Positions 49,098-58,227 of a DNA stretch of 64,000 nucleotides are shown piece after piece. Source of the DNA: a virus; IMG/VR virus record IMGVR_UViG_3300037070_001066, positions 1 through 64,000 of that record. One strand, 5' to 3'. The position numbers and the translations under genes were made by a program. Each line of letters opens with the position of its first letter. Position 1 is the stretch's first letter. Below the pieces are notes generated by a model. It was given only the letters and a program-made list of their open reading frames with translations, did no database searches and was not told where the DNA came from.

Positions 49098-49536
49098 AGA
49101 CTTCCTATTTATACAAGGGAATGTCCCGTCACTTAAAAATGCCAAGATAAAGACTACAAGAGGTATATTCTCATCGAAAACGGTGCAGAATTACCTTAGG
49201 TCTCTTGGTATCCAAAGATACTCTTCAAGTAAAAAGATCGTAGTAAAGTATGCACGCAAGGATAATGAATTCCAGAAGTGTTCAGCTTATTTCGATAAAT
49301 ACCTTGTTGAAGTTCCTCACGAAGTTGGGTTTCATTTCATTAGAGGTTCTAAGCACAGATTCGATTTCAATAATGCTTCACAGATACTAGCAGATTTAAT
49401 GACTGCTCATGACTTCATAGAAGATGATGATATGGATAATTTCCTTCCATATCCAATGAAAATCGATGGAAAAGCTTATTCCTACGATAAAGAGAATCCT
49501 GGAGTATTAATTAAAATACTTAATAAAAATGGATAA
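49069..49536 (+). CDS. RusA-like Holliday junction resolvase
   Basis: GNVPSLKN, RFDFNN..Q...DLM....IEDDD, YDKENPGV. Confidence 0.65.
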   Translation: MVKIIELNGEDFLFIQGNVPSLKNAKIKTTRGIFSSKTVQNYLRSLGIQRYSSSKKIVVKYARKDNEFQKCSAYFDKYLVEVPHEVGFHFIRGSKHRFDFNNASQILADLMTAHDFIEDDDMDNFLPYPMKIDGKAYSYDKENPGVLIKILNKNG

Positions 49537-49777
49537 AACTATATCAAACATCAAAAGCCTAGCTTTATCTGTACTTAATTATGATGAATATGTCACATTT
49601 ATGTCTTATATCTATAATGGTGAATACAATCTAGCTAGGTTGTTTTTAAAAAGCTATTATCATCACGATGATGCTGAAAACCATAATAGATTAGAAGACA
49701 TTCTGATCGATTTAATCATGAAGAAGGAAGATGAAGGAGGAGATGAAAGTGAACAAGCTAACAGAGATTCTGGATAG
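49529..49777 (+). CDS. Hypothetical protein
   Basis: Coupled ORF. Confidence 0.45.
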   Translation: MDKTISNIKSLALSVLNYDEYVTFMSYIYNGEYNLARLFLKSYYHHDDAENHNRLEDILIDLIMKKEDEGGDESEQANRDSG

Positions 49778-50753
49778 CAGTGAAACCATAGATTTATTTG
49801 TGTCCTATAGTAAATTATCTGATTTTGATCGAAATGGCCCTAGTTGCTTAGTCCACAAGACCAGTGGAGGTAAAGAAGCGGTTAAGCTTGGATCTTTAGT
49901 AGATGACTTGCTGTTTTTAGACAAATCAGCATTTGATGAAAAGTATTATCTATATGATGGTGACAAGCCATCAGCCACATTAGGATTGTTATGTGATGTT
50001 ATAACCAACAACTACATGGAGATACCTTCTAAAGAAGATGTCATCAAGATTGGTGTTACAAACAATTTCTGGACAAACATTAAAAAACCTGAATTATATT
50101 TAGCAAAATTCAATGTCCCAGAATTCTGGGATTATTTAGATACCATGTTTAAAGTTAGCAATAGAACCATTATAACATCGTCTGAACTTAACACAGCAAC
50201 AGATCTCGCTGAGATCCTTCGAACTCATCCGTATTCAAAGAGTATTCTTGACAATGAACTCGATAACTATTACCAAGTTAAATTCCAATACGATTATAAT
50301 GGTTTTAAAGTTAGGGGAATTATTGATATTTTAAGTGTAGACCATAAGAGTAAAAAAGTCGTTATGACTGACTTGAAAACTGGAAAAGGGTCTTCTACAG
50401 AATTTGAAGAGAGCTTCGTTAAATGGAGATACTACTTTCAAGCCGCACTATATGTGAAAGCATTCCAAGAGATTTGTGATGCATTGGAGCTTAAAGATTA
50501 TACTCTAGAACCTTTTCAATTTCTATATATTTCTAGATCAGACAAAACACCTTTATTATTTATCACCACAGACAAATGGATTAAAGCCGCTTGGAAAGGG
50601 TTCCGTATTAGTAAATACATATATAAAGGGATCGACGAGATATTAGAAGAAATATACTGGTGTTGGAAGAACAAAGAATACATTATTCCAAAACGTGTAG
50701 CAGAAGCTAACGGAGTTGTTGAACTTAAAGATAATTTTATTGAAGTTGACTAG
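49731..50753 (+). CDS. PD-(D/E)XK exonuclease (RecE/Cas4-like)
   Basis: SYSKL, GSLVD, RGIID, DLKTG, Y..QAALY. Confidence 0.8.
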   Translation: MKEEMKVNKLTEILDSSETIDLFVSYSKLSDFDRNGPSCLVHKTSGGKEAVKLGSLVDDLLFLDKSAFDEKYYLYDGDKPSATLGLLCDVITNNYMEIPSKEDVIKIGVTNNFWTNIKKPELYLAKFNVPEFWDYLDTMFKVSNRTIITSSELNTATDLAEILRTHPYSKSILDNELDNYYQVKFQYDYNGFKVRGIIDILSVDHKSKKVVMTDLKTGKGSSTEFEESFVKWRYYFQAALYVKAFQEICDALELKDYTLEPFQFLYISRSDKTPLLFITTDKWIKAAWKGFRISKYIYKGIDEILEEIYWCWKNKEYIIPKRVAEANGVVELKDNFIEVD

Positions 50754-51315
50754 TAAGAGTAGATATAACAAGTCCAAAACCTATCTTTTACCATTGATCT
50801 CTGAGGTCGTTGGTATAGAAAGTGACTTCATAGACTACTTGGAAGATACTTACTTGTTTGATGAACAAGGCGAATTTAAAAATTGTATTTTTATAAAGTA
50901 TGAATCTGATTTTAGGAATCCTGATTTTACTTCATATGAGTATAAATTGACGAATAGTTCTTATTTTGTTAAGCACGTAGATATTGGAAATAAAGTAGTC
51001 TATGTTTTCAACTTTCCAGAAGAATATCTTCCTGAGTATAATCATTTTATAAACGGGGAATATTCAAGATTTGGAGAGGATGCTAAGATTTTAATCTTGC
51101 ATTTTTGGACTCAAATGTATGGTAGAACTGCTTCTGGAATCAACGCGATTCTTAAGATAAAACAAGTACTATATAGAGACAAAAAACTAAAGCAACAAAT
51201 AGAAGAGCGTTTAAGTTCAGAGCACTGTCGCATTATCTTAGATGATAATGCTGAATTAGGGGATTTGGTTTTATTGGAAGATGAAACTTTTAAATTAAAT
51301 GATAGTGATTTATGA
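50716..51315 (+). CDS. Hypothetical protein of the replication module
   Basis: YLLPL...YVF..PEEY...F.NGEYS; start uncertain. Confidence 0.55.
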   Translation: MLNLKIILLKLTSKSRYNKSKTYLLPLISEVVGIESDFIDYLEDTYLFDEQGEFKNCIFIKYESDFRNPDFTSYEYKLTNSSYFVKHVDIGNKVVYVFNFPEEYLPEYNHFINGEYSRFGEDAKILILHFWTQMYGRTASGINAILKIKQVLYRDKKLKQQIEERLSSEHCRIILDDNAELGDLVLLEDETFKLNDSDL

Positions 51316-51328
51316 AAGGGGATATTAA

Positions 51329-53197
51329 ATGAATTTGAACTTAGATAAGCAAATATTAAGTGATATAACGGTACATACAAAGTACGCGAAATACTTACCT
51401 GTAGAACAACGTAGAGAGACGTGGGCGGAATTAGTCAATAGGAATATGAACATGCACATTAAGAAGCATCCAACTTTAGAGGAGGATATCAAATATGTGT
51501 ATGAACATTACGTAATGACGAAGAAAATCCTACCTTCCATGCGAAGTCTTCAGTTTGGTGGTAAAGCCATTGAGTTAAATAATAGTAGAATATATAATTG
51601 TGCATTCTTGCCTATTGATGATATACGGAGTTTCAGTGAAACAATGTTCTTATTGTTAGGTGGATGTGGAGTTGGATATAGTGTTCAAGGACATCATATC
51701 GATAAGTTACCTGAGATTAGGAAGCCTAACTATAGCCGTAGAAAGCGATATGTAGTACAGGATAGTATAATTGGGTGGGCTGATGCTATAAAAACTTTAT
51801 TTAAATCATATACTGGCTCTATTAATTCACATATTGAATTTGATTTATCAGATATAAGGCCAAAAGGAGCACTTTTGGTGACAGCAGGTGGTAAAGCGCC
51901 AGGCCCGGAGCCTTTGCGTATTGCCCTTGTTAAAATAGAAGCAATTCTTCGAGAGAAGAATGACACTTCAAAACTTACAGACATTGAATGCCACAGAATT
52001 CAATGTTTTATCGCAGATGCTGTACTAGCGGGTGGCATAAGAAGAGCAGCTATGATAAGCTTATTCGATTTAGATAGTGATTCTATGTTAAATTGCAAAG
52101 CTGGTAGCTGGTGGGAGACTATGCCAGAATTAGGTAGAGCGAACAATTCAGTCGTATTACTTAGACATAAAATTGATAAAAAGACTTTTGACAAAGTTTG
52201 GGAACGTATAGAAGTTTCAGGTTCCGGCGAGCCAGGTATATACCTTACTAATGACAAAGATTGGGGAACTAACCCTTGTTGTGAAATTGCGCTTAGACCT
52301 TATCAATTCTGTAACCTATGCGAGATCAATATGTCTAACATACAATCACAGGCCGATCTTAATGAAAGAGCGAGTGCAGCTTCCTTCGTAGGCACGTTAC
52401 AAGCCTCGTATACGGACTTTCATTACCTTCGTGATGTATGGAGAAAGAATACAGAAAAGGATGCCTTAATTGGTGTCTCAATGACTGGAATTGCATCAAA
52501 AAGTAATCTTGAATTAGACTATTCAGTAGCTAGTGAAATAGTTGTTGAACAGAACAGAGTTACAGCTGAAAGGCTTGGAATAAATCAGGCAGCTCGTACT
52601 ACAGCAGTTAAGCCTGCAGGAACAACTTCGTTGGTCTTAGGTACGTCATCTGGAATCCATGCTTGGCATAATGATTATTATATTCGTAGAATTAGATTAG
52701 GAAAGAATGAAGCAATTTATACTTACCTTTCTATCTATCATCCAGAGCTTCTAGAAGATGAATATTTTAATCCTAAGTCACAAGCAATCATCGCTGTACC
52801 ACAGAAGGCTCCTGAAGGGGCTATAACTCGTCATGAATCAACGATCGACCTATTAGAGAGGGTAAAGCTCATTTCAAAAGAATGGGTTAAAACAGGGCAC
52901 TTAAAAGGGCAAAACACGCACAATGTTTCTTGCACAGTATCTGTTAGACCTGACGAATGGAAAATAGTTGGAGAGTGGATGTGGGTTAATAAAGATTATT
53001 ATAATGGACTTTCTGTATTGCCATTTGATGGTGGTACATATAAACAAACTCCGTTCGAGGATTGTTCTAAAGAGACTTATGACAATATGATGAAAACATT
53101 GAAAGGTGTAGATTTATCTAAAGTTGTAGAGCTTCAAGACAATACATCGCTGAATGAAAATTTAGCGTGTGGACCAGGAGGATGTGAAATATTGTAA
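51329..53197 (+). CDS. nrdJ: Class II (adenosylcobalamin-dependent) ribonucleotide reductase
   Basis: KYA, RETW, PSMR, YNC, GCGVG, TNPCCEI, FCNL, VKPAGT, C-terminal CGPGGCEI; no small subunit nearby. Confidence 0.88.
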   Translation: MNLNLDKQILSDITVHTKYAKYLPVEQRRETWAELVNRNMNMHIKKHPTLEEDIKYVYEHYVMTKKILPSMRSLQFGGKAIELNNSRIYNCAFLPIDDIRSFSETMFLLLGGCGVGYSVQGHHIDKLPEIRKPNYSRRKRYVVQDSIIGWADAIKTLFKSYTGSINSHIEFDLSDIRPKGALLVTAGGKAPGPEPLRIALVKIEAILREKNDTSKLTDIECHRIQCFIADAVLAGGIRRAAMISLFDLDSDSMLNCKAGSWWETMPELGRANNSVVLLRHKIDKKTFDKVWERIEVSGSGEPGIYLTNDKDWGTNPCCEIALRPYQFCNLCEINMSNIQSQADLNERASAASFVGTLQASYTDFHYLRDVWRKNTEKDALIGVSMTGIASKSNLELDYSVASEIVVEQNRVTAERLGINQAARTTAVKPAGTTSLVLGTSSGIHAWHNDYYIRRIRLGKNEAIYTYLSIYHPELLEDEYFNPKSQAIIAVPQKAPEGAITRHESTIDLLERVKLISKEWVKTGHLKGQNTHNVSCTVSVRPDEWKIVGEWMWVNKDYYNGLSVLPFDGGTYKQTPFEDCSKETYDNMMKTLKGVDLSKVVELQDNTSLNENLACGPGGCEIL

Positions 53198-53209
53198 GGT
53201 TAAAGGGTT

Positions 53210-53237
53210 GGGGGAATATTTCCCCCTTCCTAACTTT
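53210..53237 (+). terminator. Probable terminator hairpin
   Basis: GGGGGAA-TAT-TTCCCCC; weak T tract. Confidence 0.5.
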
Positions 53238-53250
53238 AAAAAAGATAATT

Positions 53251-53439
53251 ATGGAAATTTTATTTTTTGCTTTATTTGTAATTTACTCATTAATTACAGC
53301 CTTATGGGTGGCTAATCTTGCTGAATCTAAAGGCATTGAATTTTTAAATGCATTTTTGGTATCTTTCTTTTTAGGTCCAATCATTGGGTTACTGTATGTT
53401 GTTGTTAAATCTCTTGATTCAAATTGTAGTTGTAAATAA
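53251..53439 (+). CDS. Small two-TM membrane protein
   Basis: Hydrophobic; FLVSFFLGPIIGLL. Confidence 0.55.
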   Translation: MEILFFALFVIYSLITALWVANLAESKGIEFLNAFLVSFFLGPIIGLLYVVVKSLDSNCSCK

Positions 53440-53483
53440 TTATTTTTAGTGGATGCACATGCGTCATTTAAACATGTTATTCT

Positions 53484-54764
53484 ATGGAAGCAAATGAATT
53501 AAAGAATACTATACAAGATTTTGCTATTGAGAAATGGAAATCCAAAGATAAGGTTGGAACTATAGAAACACCTTCATTAAACAGTAAAACTTTTATATTT
53601 CTGAAAGCTCTTTATACTATGCCTAAAGACGATAAGAAGACAATTCACTTGTTCTTATCTGAAACTATGACTAGGGAAAAAGAAGCTTTGGCTGAGATAG
53701 TTAAGTTTGATGAAATTTTTAATTTAGATGTTTTAAGAGATTATAATCTGCAGTTCTTTTCATATGTTGGAGTTTCATCTTGGCAGAATAGAGAATTTGG
53801 CTTAGTTTGTTGTGATAAATTTCAAGAACAATTAACCGTTGGGAATTTTAAATTCCATCTAAATAATAAGTATAAAGCTCTAATTGGAGTTACCAATTCT
53901 ATAAACAAGTATAGTTTCTTTAGTATCAAATCTGATCTATTATTATCATCTTATTTCGATAAGAAAGTGGTTAGTAAAGAAGAAATGCTTGATAAAATTG
54001 CTCCTGTCTGCTTTAAATATAATATTAGAGGTGATTACAAGAAACCAGTCAAGAATAAATTGAACATCTTTGTTATTAAGAACAAATTAGATGCAACAAA
54101 TCGTAATGTTAGACATGAAACTTTCAAATCTATAACTTACAAAACTGAAGAAGATTCATACAACCTTATAATGAGTGAGATCAATGAACTTAAACTTAGG
54201 ATTCCTGAAGAGGGAGAAGATTTGTTTGAGTTTACTGAAAATAAGATTGCAAGAATGAAGATACTTCTAAATAGAAGAAACAAACTACTTTATACGCTAG
54301 GCTCTAAAAAGATATTAGCTGAAGGTCTTTTGTTTAGGCTAAGAGGAAGAACAATGATTTTTGGCAACAATCTTCAATCATTGGAAATACTTACTGTAAG
54401 TAAGGTATTGTGTATGAAAAATACAGACGAAAGAAACTCTTTAATAAAGAGAACTTTTGATAATGGAAAATTGAGAGCAATTAGCAACTATTGTGATATG
54501 GAAGAAAATCCTGATATATCAATGGCTGACAATTGTTTATTCAAAGATGTTCCACAATCAAAAGAAGACTTTGTTGAAAAGATTGCTAGCTTAAGAACTT
54601 TAAACAAGGAAAAAGCTGGTAATGTCTTTATTTTTGTAACTGAAGGAACACAAGAAGTTGCGTGGTTGAATGAGTCTCTAAAAGGACTTAATGAACACAA
54701 ATACATGCTTTGTGACAATTTAATTTCAACTTTTAACAAATATTCAATAATTGAAGACTACTAA
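53484..54764 (+). CDS. Degenerate SF2 helicase-like protein
   Basis: IQ..A...W, GTIETPSLNSKT (eroded Walker A), VCCDKFQ (eroded DExH), LIGVT, IFVTEGTQE..W. Confidence 0.6.
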   Translation: MEANELKNTIQDFAIEKWKSKDKVGTIETPSLNSKTFIFLKALYTMPKDDKKTIHLFLSETMTREKEALAEIVKFDEIFNLDVLRDYNLQFFSYVGVSSWQNREFGLVCCDKFQEQLTVGNFKFHLNNKYKALIGVTNSINKYSFFSIKSDLLLSSYFDKKVVSKEEMLDKIAPVCFKYNIRGDYKKPVKNKLNIFVIKNKLDATNRNVRHETFKSITYKTEEDSYNLIMSEINELKLRIPEEGEDLFEFTENKIARMKILLNRRNKLLYTLGSKKILAEGLLFRLRGRTMIFGNNLQSLEILTVSKVLCMKNTDERNSLIKRTFDNGKLRAISNYCDMEENPDISMADNCLFKDVPQSKEDFVEKIASLRTLNKEKAGNVFIFVTEGTQEVAWLNESLKGLNEHKYMLCDNLISTFNKYSIIEDY

Positions 54765-55065
54765 TATGATTACAAAGGAAGAAAAAGATCAAGTGTACCA
54801 ACACTTGGTTGAAAAGAATTATCATCACTATAATCTTTTAAAAGCTTCTGAAGAACTACAAGAGTTAGCTCTTATATTGACACAGAAGGTTAATAAGAAG
54901 AATAATGTGCCTGATCAAAAGATTATTGATGAAATAGGAGATGTGAAGATAAGACTTAAGGTTTTAGAGAAAATGTTTCCTAAAGAATTAATAGACGAAA
55001 GAGTAAATAAAAAATTAACTTCATTTCAAAGTTATATCCAAACTGAGAAATACAAAAACATTTAA
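54751..55065 (+). CDS. MazG-like nucleotide pyrophosphohydrolase
   Basis: EELQEL...IIDEIGDV. Confidence 0.65.
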   Translation: MKTTNMITKEEKDQVYQHLVEKNYHHYNLLKASEELQELALILTQKVNKKNNVPDQKIIDEIGDVKIRLKVLEKMFPKELIDERVNKKLTSFQSYIQTEKYKNI

Positions 55066-55069
55066 AAAC

Positions 55070-55888
55070 ATGAGAACAGTAGAATGTAAAAAGTTAGGAA
55101 GCGTTACGTCTTTAACAGTTGGAAAAGTATATAATATCATTGAAGAAACTAATGATCGATTTTCTATTGAAAACGACAAAGGCGTTCAGATGAGGTATGG
55201 TAAGAATTTGTTTAATAATCCTGTAGAAGTTCCTGTAGAAGACAATCCATTATTAGGATTACCAGGAGCACCTGTAAGAAGAGGTCCTGGAAGACCAAGA
55301 GGAAGAGCAGTAGGTCAAGAAGGTAGAATGCTTGCTCCAGAAATGGCTCAAGTTCCTGCTCCAGCACCTGCACCTGTACCTGTTGTTAATCAAATTCAAA
55401 TTAACACTTCTGCAAGCAATTCTAATGGACTTGTATCATTTAGAGTAGAGTCTATATTCTTGCAAGATGTAGTTCATACATATTCTACTGGGAATATTAT
55501 CTCTACAAATGGTATTTCTGCATCTTGTGGTATTCAATCTTTAAGTGGTCTTGATGAATTAAGATATCATATTACTCAATTAAGATCTGAATTTACGATC
55601 TTCGTAAATGAAAATCGAGGAAGATTTATATTAGCTGGAGATATTGACTTAAATTTACTATTTGAAGAAATTGCTGTTGCATTGGTTCAAGACCTTGTAG
55701 CTTCTTATCAAGGAGGAGATGCAGACATCAAAGCAGGTATCTTGATTTTATCTACAACAGAAGATTCAATCAGACAAGAACCTTGTTTAAGAAGAGCACT
55801 TAATAATGCCTCTGCTGGAAACATTCCTGTTTACAATCCAAATAGCGGTAATGATATTGTTATGTGGAATATACCTGTTGAGGCATAA
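55070..55888 (+). CDS. Multidomain protein: SH3-like N-terminus, AT-hook, Pro/Ala linker, C-terminal domain
   Basis: LTVGKVY...IENDKG....Y..NLF; RRGPGRPRGR; PAPAPAPVP. Confidence 0.55.
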   Translation: MRTVECKKLGSVTSLTVGKVYNIIEETNDRFSIENDKGVQMRYGKNLFNNPVEVPVEDNPLLGLPGAPVRRGPGRPRGRAVGQEGRMLAPEMAQVPAPAPAPVPVVNQIQINTSASNSNGLVSFRVESIFLQDVVHTYSTGNIISTNGISASCGIQSLSGLDELRYHITQLRSEFTIFVNENRGRFILAGDIDLNLLFEEIAVALVQDLVASYQGGDADIKAGILILSTTEDSIRQEPCLRRALNNASAGNIPVYNPNSGNDIVMWNIPVEA

Positions 55889-55925
55889 AATAAAAAGCCC
55901 TGTAGACAATTAAGTTTACAGGGCT
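55886..55925 (-). terminator. Hairpin whose T tract is on the minus strand
   Basis: AGCCCTGTAGAC-AATTAA-GTTTACAGGGCT preceded by AAAATAAAAA. Confidence 0.6.
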
Positions 55926-56168
55926 ATAATACCTTCTAAATAGATAATAACAAAAACAGTGACAAAATGGCAAATCGTGTTTTATTTACAAATGTTAAGT
56001 ACTGGGTTGGAGGTGGTAAAAGTGGGAAGCCTTTAAGGATTCGAAAACACCAAAACATTCATTTGACGATTCATATGCCAGTTGATGGAATAAAACCATA
56101 TTACTTGGATATACTGTCTGATGGAAAATACATGTCTACAAAACTAACCAAAATTAAAATTAGAAATC

Positions 56169-56423
56169 ATGAGCAACTACAAGAATAGATATACTAATAG
56201 ATTGATTACGGAAACTGAATATTACAATTTGTTTCCATCTGAAAGAGGTGATTATGAAAGAATTAGTATTCATGATGTTCCTCAAAGAGATTCTGGTGGA
56301 GATTTTATGACATCTGCTGTGATTGGAGCTGTAACAGATTCTGCATTCCTAGGAGGTTTTATTGGAGGAGATATGCTAGGAGGAATTGTTGGAGATATAA
56401 TTGACGGTGATTTAGGAGACTAA
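56169..56423 (+). CDS. Small glycine-zipper protein
   Basis: AVIGAVTDSAFLGGFIGGDMLGGIVG. Confidence 0.55.
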   Translation: MSNYKNRYTNRLITETEYYNLFPSERGDYERISIHDVPQRDSGGDFMTSAVIGAVTDSAFLGGFIGGDMLGGIVGDIIDGDLGD

Positions 56424-56914
56424 TGAGCGTCGTTAGATATATTTCTGACCTTCATCTTGGACACTTAAATATGGCTACTAAAAGAGGCTTTAAAGACCAA
56501 CATGAAATGAATGACCACATTATTAAGAGCTGGAACTCTGTAGTTGGAAGGAAAGATGTCACTTGGATACTTGGAGACATAACTATGGAGAAAGCGGTTC
56601 ACTATCATATGTTAAACAGACTTAATGGACTTAAAAAAGTTGTATTAGGAAATCATGATAGACCAGAACATGTGCCTCATTTACTAAATTACGTAAATAG
56701 TGTTTGCTCAATGAAATATCATAAAGATAAAGAATTTGGCAACGTTATATTTACACATGCTCCTATTCATCCTTGTGAATTAGACTATAGATTTACTATA
56801 AATATTCATGGTCATGATCACGAGAGAAATCTTAAGGATGAAAGATATATAAATATTTGTGCAGAATTTATAGACTATAAACCTAAATTACTAAGTGAAT
56901 TGATATGTCGATAA
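56423..56914 (+). CDS. Calcineurin-like metallophosphoesterase
   Basis: SDLHLGH, LGD, GNHD, HAP, IHGHDH. Confidence 0.88.
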   Translation: MSVVRYISDLHLGHLNMATKRGFKDQHEMNDHIIKSWNSVVGRKDVTWILGDITMEKAVHYHMLNRLNGLKKVVLGNHDRPEHVPHLLNYVNSVCSMKYHKDKEFGNVIFTHAPIHPCELDYRFTINIHGHDHERNLKDERYINICAEFIDYKPKLLSELICR

Positions 56915-57023
56915 TAAAATCAATAATTAATGGCAATGAAGTTTATGTATATTGGAATGGTGAATTGATTTACAAGAAATGGTTTAATCAAGAACACGGT
57001 GTTGTTTTTCAAAATTACAAAAG

Positions 57024-58106
57024 ATGGCATACATAGACAGAGAATACCATAAATTGCTAAATGCAATTAAAAGAGATGGTTATACGTACGAAGATCCTAA
57101 CAGAGAAGGAGTTTTTAGGACAGAGATTACAAGTTTTACAATAAGGCATTTGTTTAAAAATGGATTTCCATTGATAAGTACAAGGGAGTTGAATTATAAT
57201 AATATTATAGTCGAACTTCTTTGGTTTCTTAAAGGAGATACAAACATTAAATATTTAGTTGACAGAGGTTGTAATATTTGGAATAAAGATGCTTATAAGT
57301 ATTATTTAAAAAAAGGAGGACACGCTTCTGAAAAAATGTTTAAAACTTTAGTATCACAACAAGATGAATTTGACTCAAGGATTAAAGATTATAAGTATGG
57401 TGATTTAGGTCCAGTTTATGGTAGACAGTGGCGTAATTTTAATGGAGTTGACCAAATAGCTAAGTTGATTAAAGGTCTTAAAGAAAAACCTTTAGGAACT
57501 GAACATATTGTAAACTCTTGGAATCCAGCAGATATTCCTGATATGGCTTTACCTCCTTGTCATTATGGATTTCAAGTTGTAGTTAGACCATTAACCGTAT
57601 CTGAAAGGTTTCATGCAACTCCTGGTGCTAATCTAAAAGATGTTGATGTGTTTGTTGAGAACGCACATATTATTTATTTAGATGGAATAGGGGCGCCTAA
57701 ATATGGCTTCGAATTACACTGGGAACAAAGATCTGTAGATACCTTCTTAGGTTTACCCTATAATATAGCCTCCTACGCTTCATTAGCGTTGATCTTAGAG
57801 AAGATAACAGGTCATGTGGCACTAGGTATCCAAGGAAATTTAAAGAAGGTGCATTTGTACGATAATAGCCTCAATGCAGTAGCTCAACAATTGAAGAATG
57901 ATCAGTATTTGAATGACGAATGTAAATTAGTATTTCCTGAAGACGAAGTTAATCCAGATGGACTTGATTTTAATCTTAGAATGGGATATTTAAGGGGGAA
58001 TTTGAGCCTAAATGATTTCATTGAGGAAATGAAACCTGAGTGGTTTTCTATTGAAGGGTATTCACCTTATCCTTCAATTAATGTACCAATGTTAGCAAAA
58101 GATTAA
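57024..58106 (+). CDS. thyA: Thymidylate synthase
   Basis: ELLWFLKG, LGPVYGRQWR, MALPPCH, QRSVDTFLGLPYNIASY, HLYDN. Confidence 0.93.
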   Translation: MAYIDREYHKLLNAIKRDGYTYEDPNREGVFRTEITSFTIRHLFKNGFPLISTRELNYNNIIVELLWFLKGDTNIKYLVDRGCNIWNKDAYKYYLKKGGHASEKMFKTLVSQQDEFDSRIKDYKYGDLGPVYGRQWRNFNGVDQIAKLIKGLKEKPLGTEHIVNSWNPADIPDMALPPCHYGFQVVVRPLTVSERFHATPGANLKDVDVFVENAHIIYLDGIGAPKYGFELHWEQRSVDTFLGLPYNIASYASLALILEKITGHVALGIQGNLKKVHLYDNSLNAVAQQLKNDQYLNDECKLVFPEDEVNPDGLDFNLRMGYLRGNLSLNDFIEEMKPEWFSIEGYSPYPSINVPMLAKD

Positions 58107-58168
58107 TTATGTGGTGGATTGTTATTATTATAATTGTGTGGATATTATTATCTGAGGATTAAAAATGG

Positions 58169-58214
58169 AAAAACCGCTAGAAGACCTTAATTGGTTGTCT
58201 AGCGGTTTTTTTTT
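58169..58214. terminator. Bidirectional terminator between convergent modules
   Basis: AAAAACCGCTAGA..ACC-TTAATT-GGT..TCTAGCGGTTTTTTTTT. Confidence 0.85.
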
Positions 58215-58227
58215 GACTTTTCAGAAG

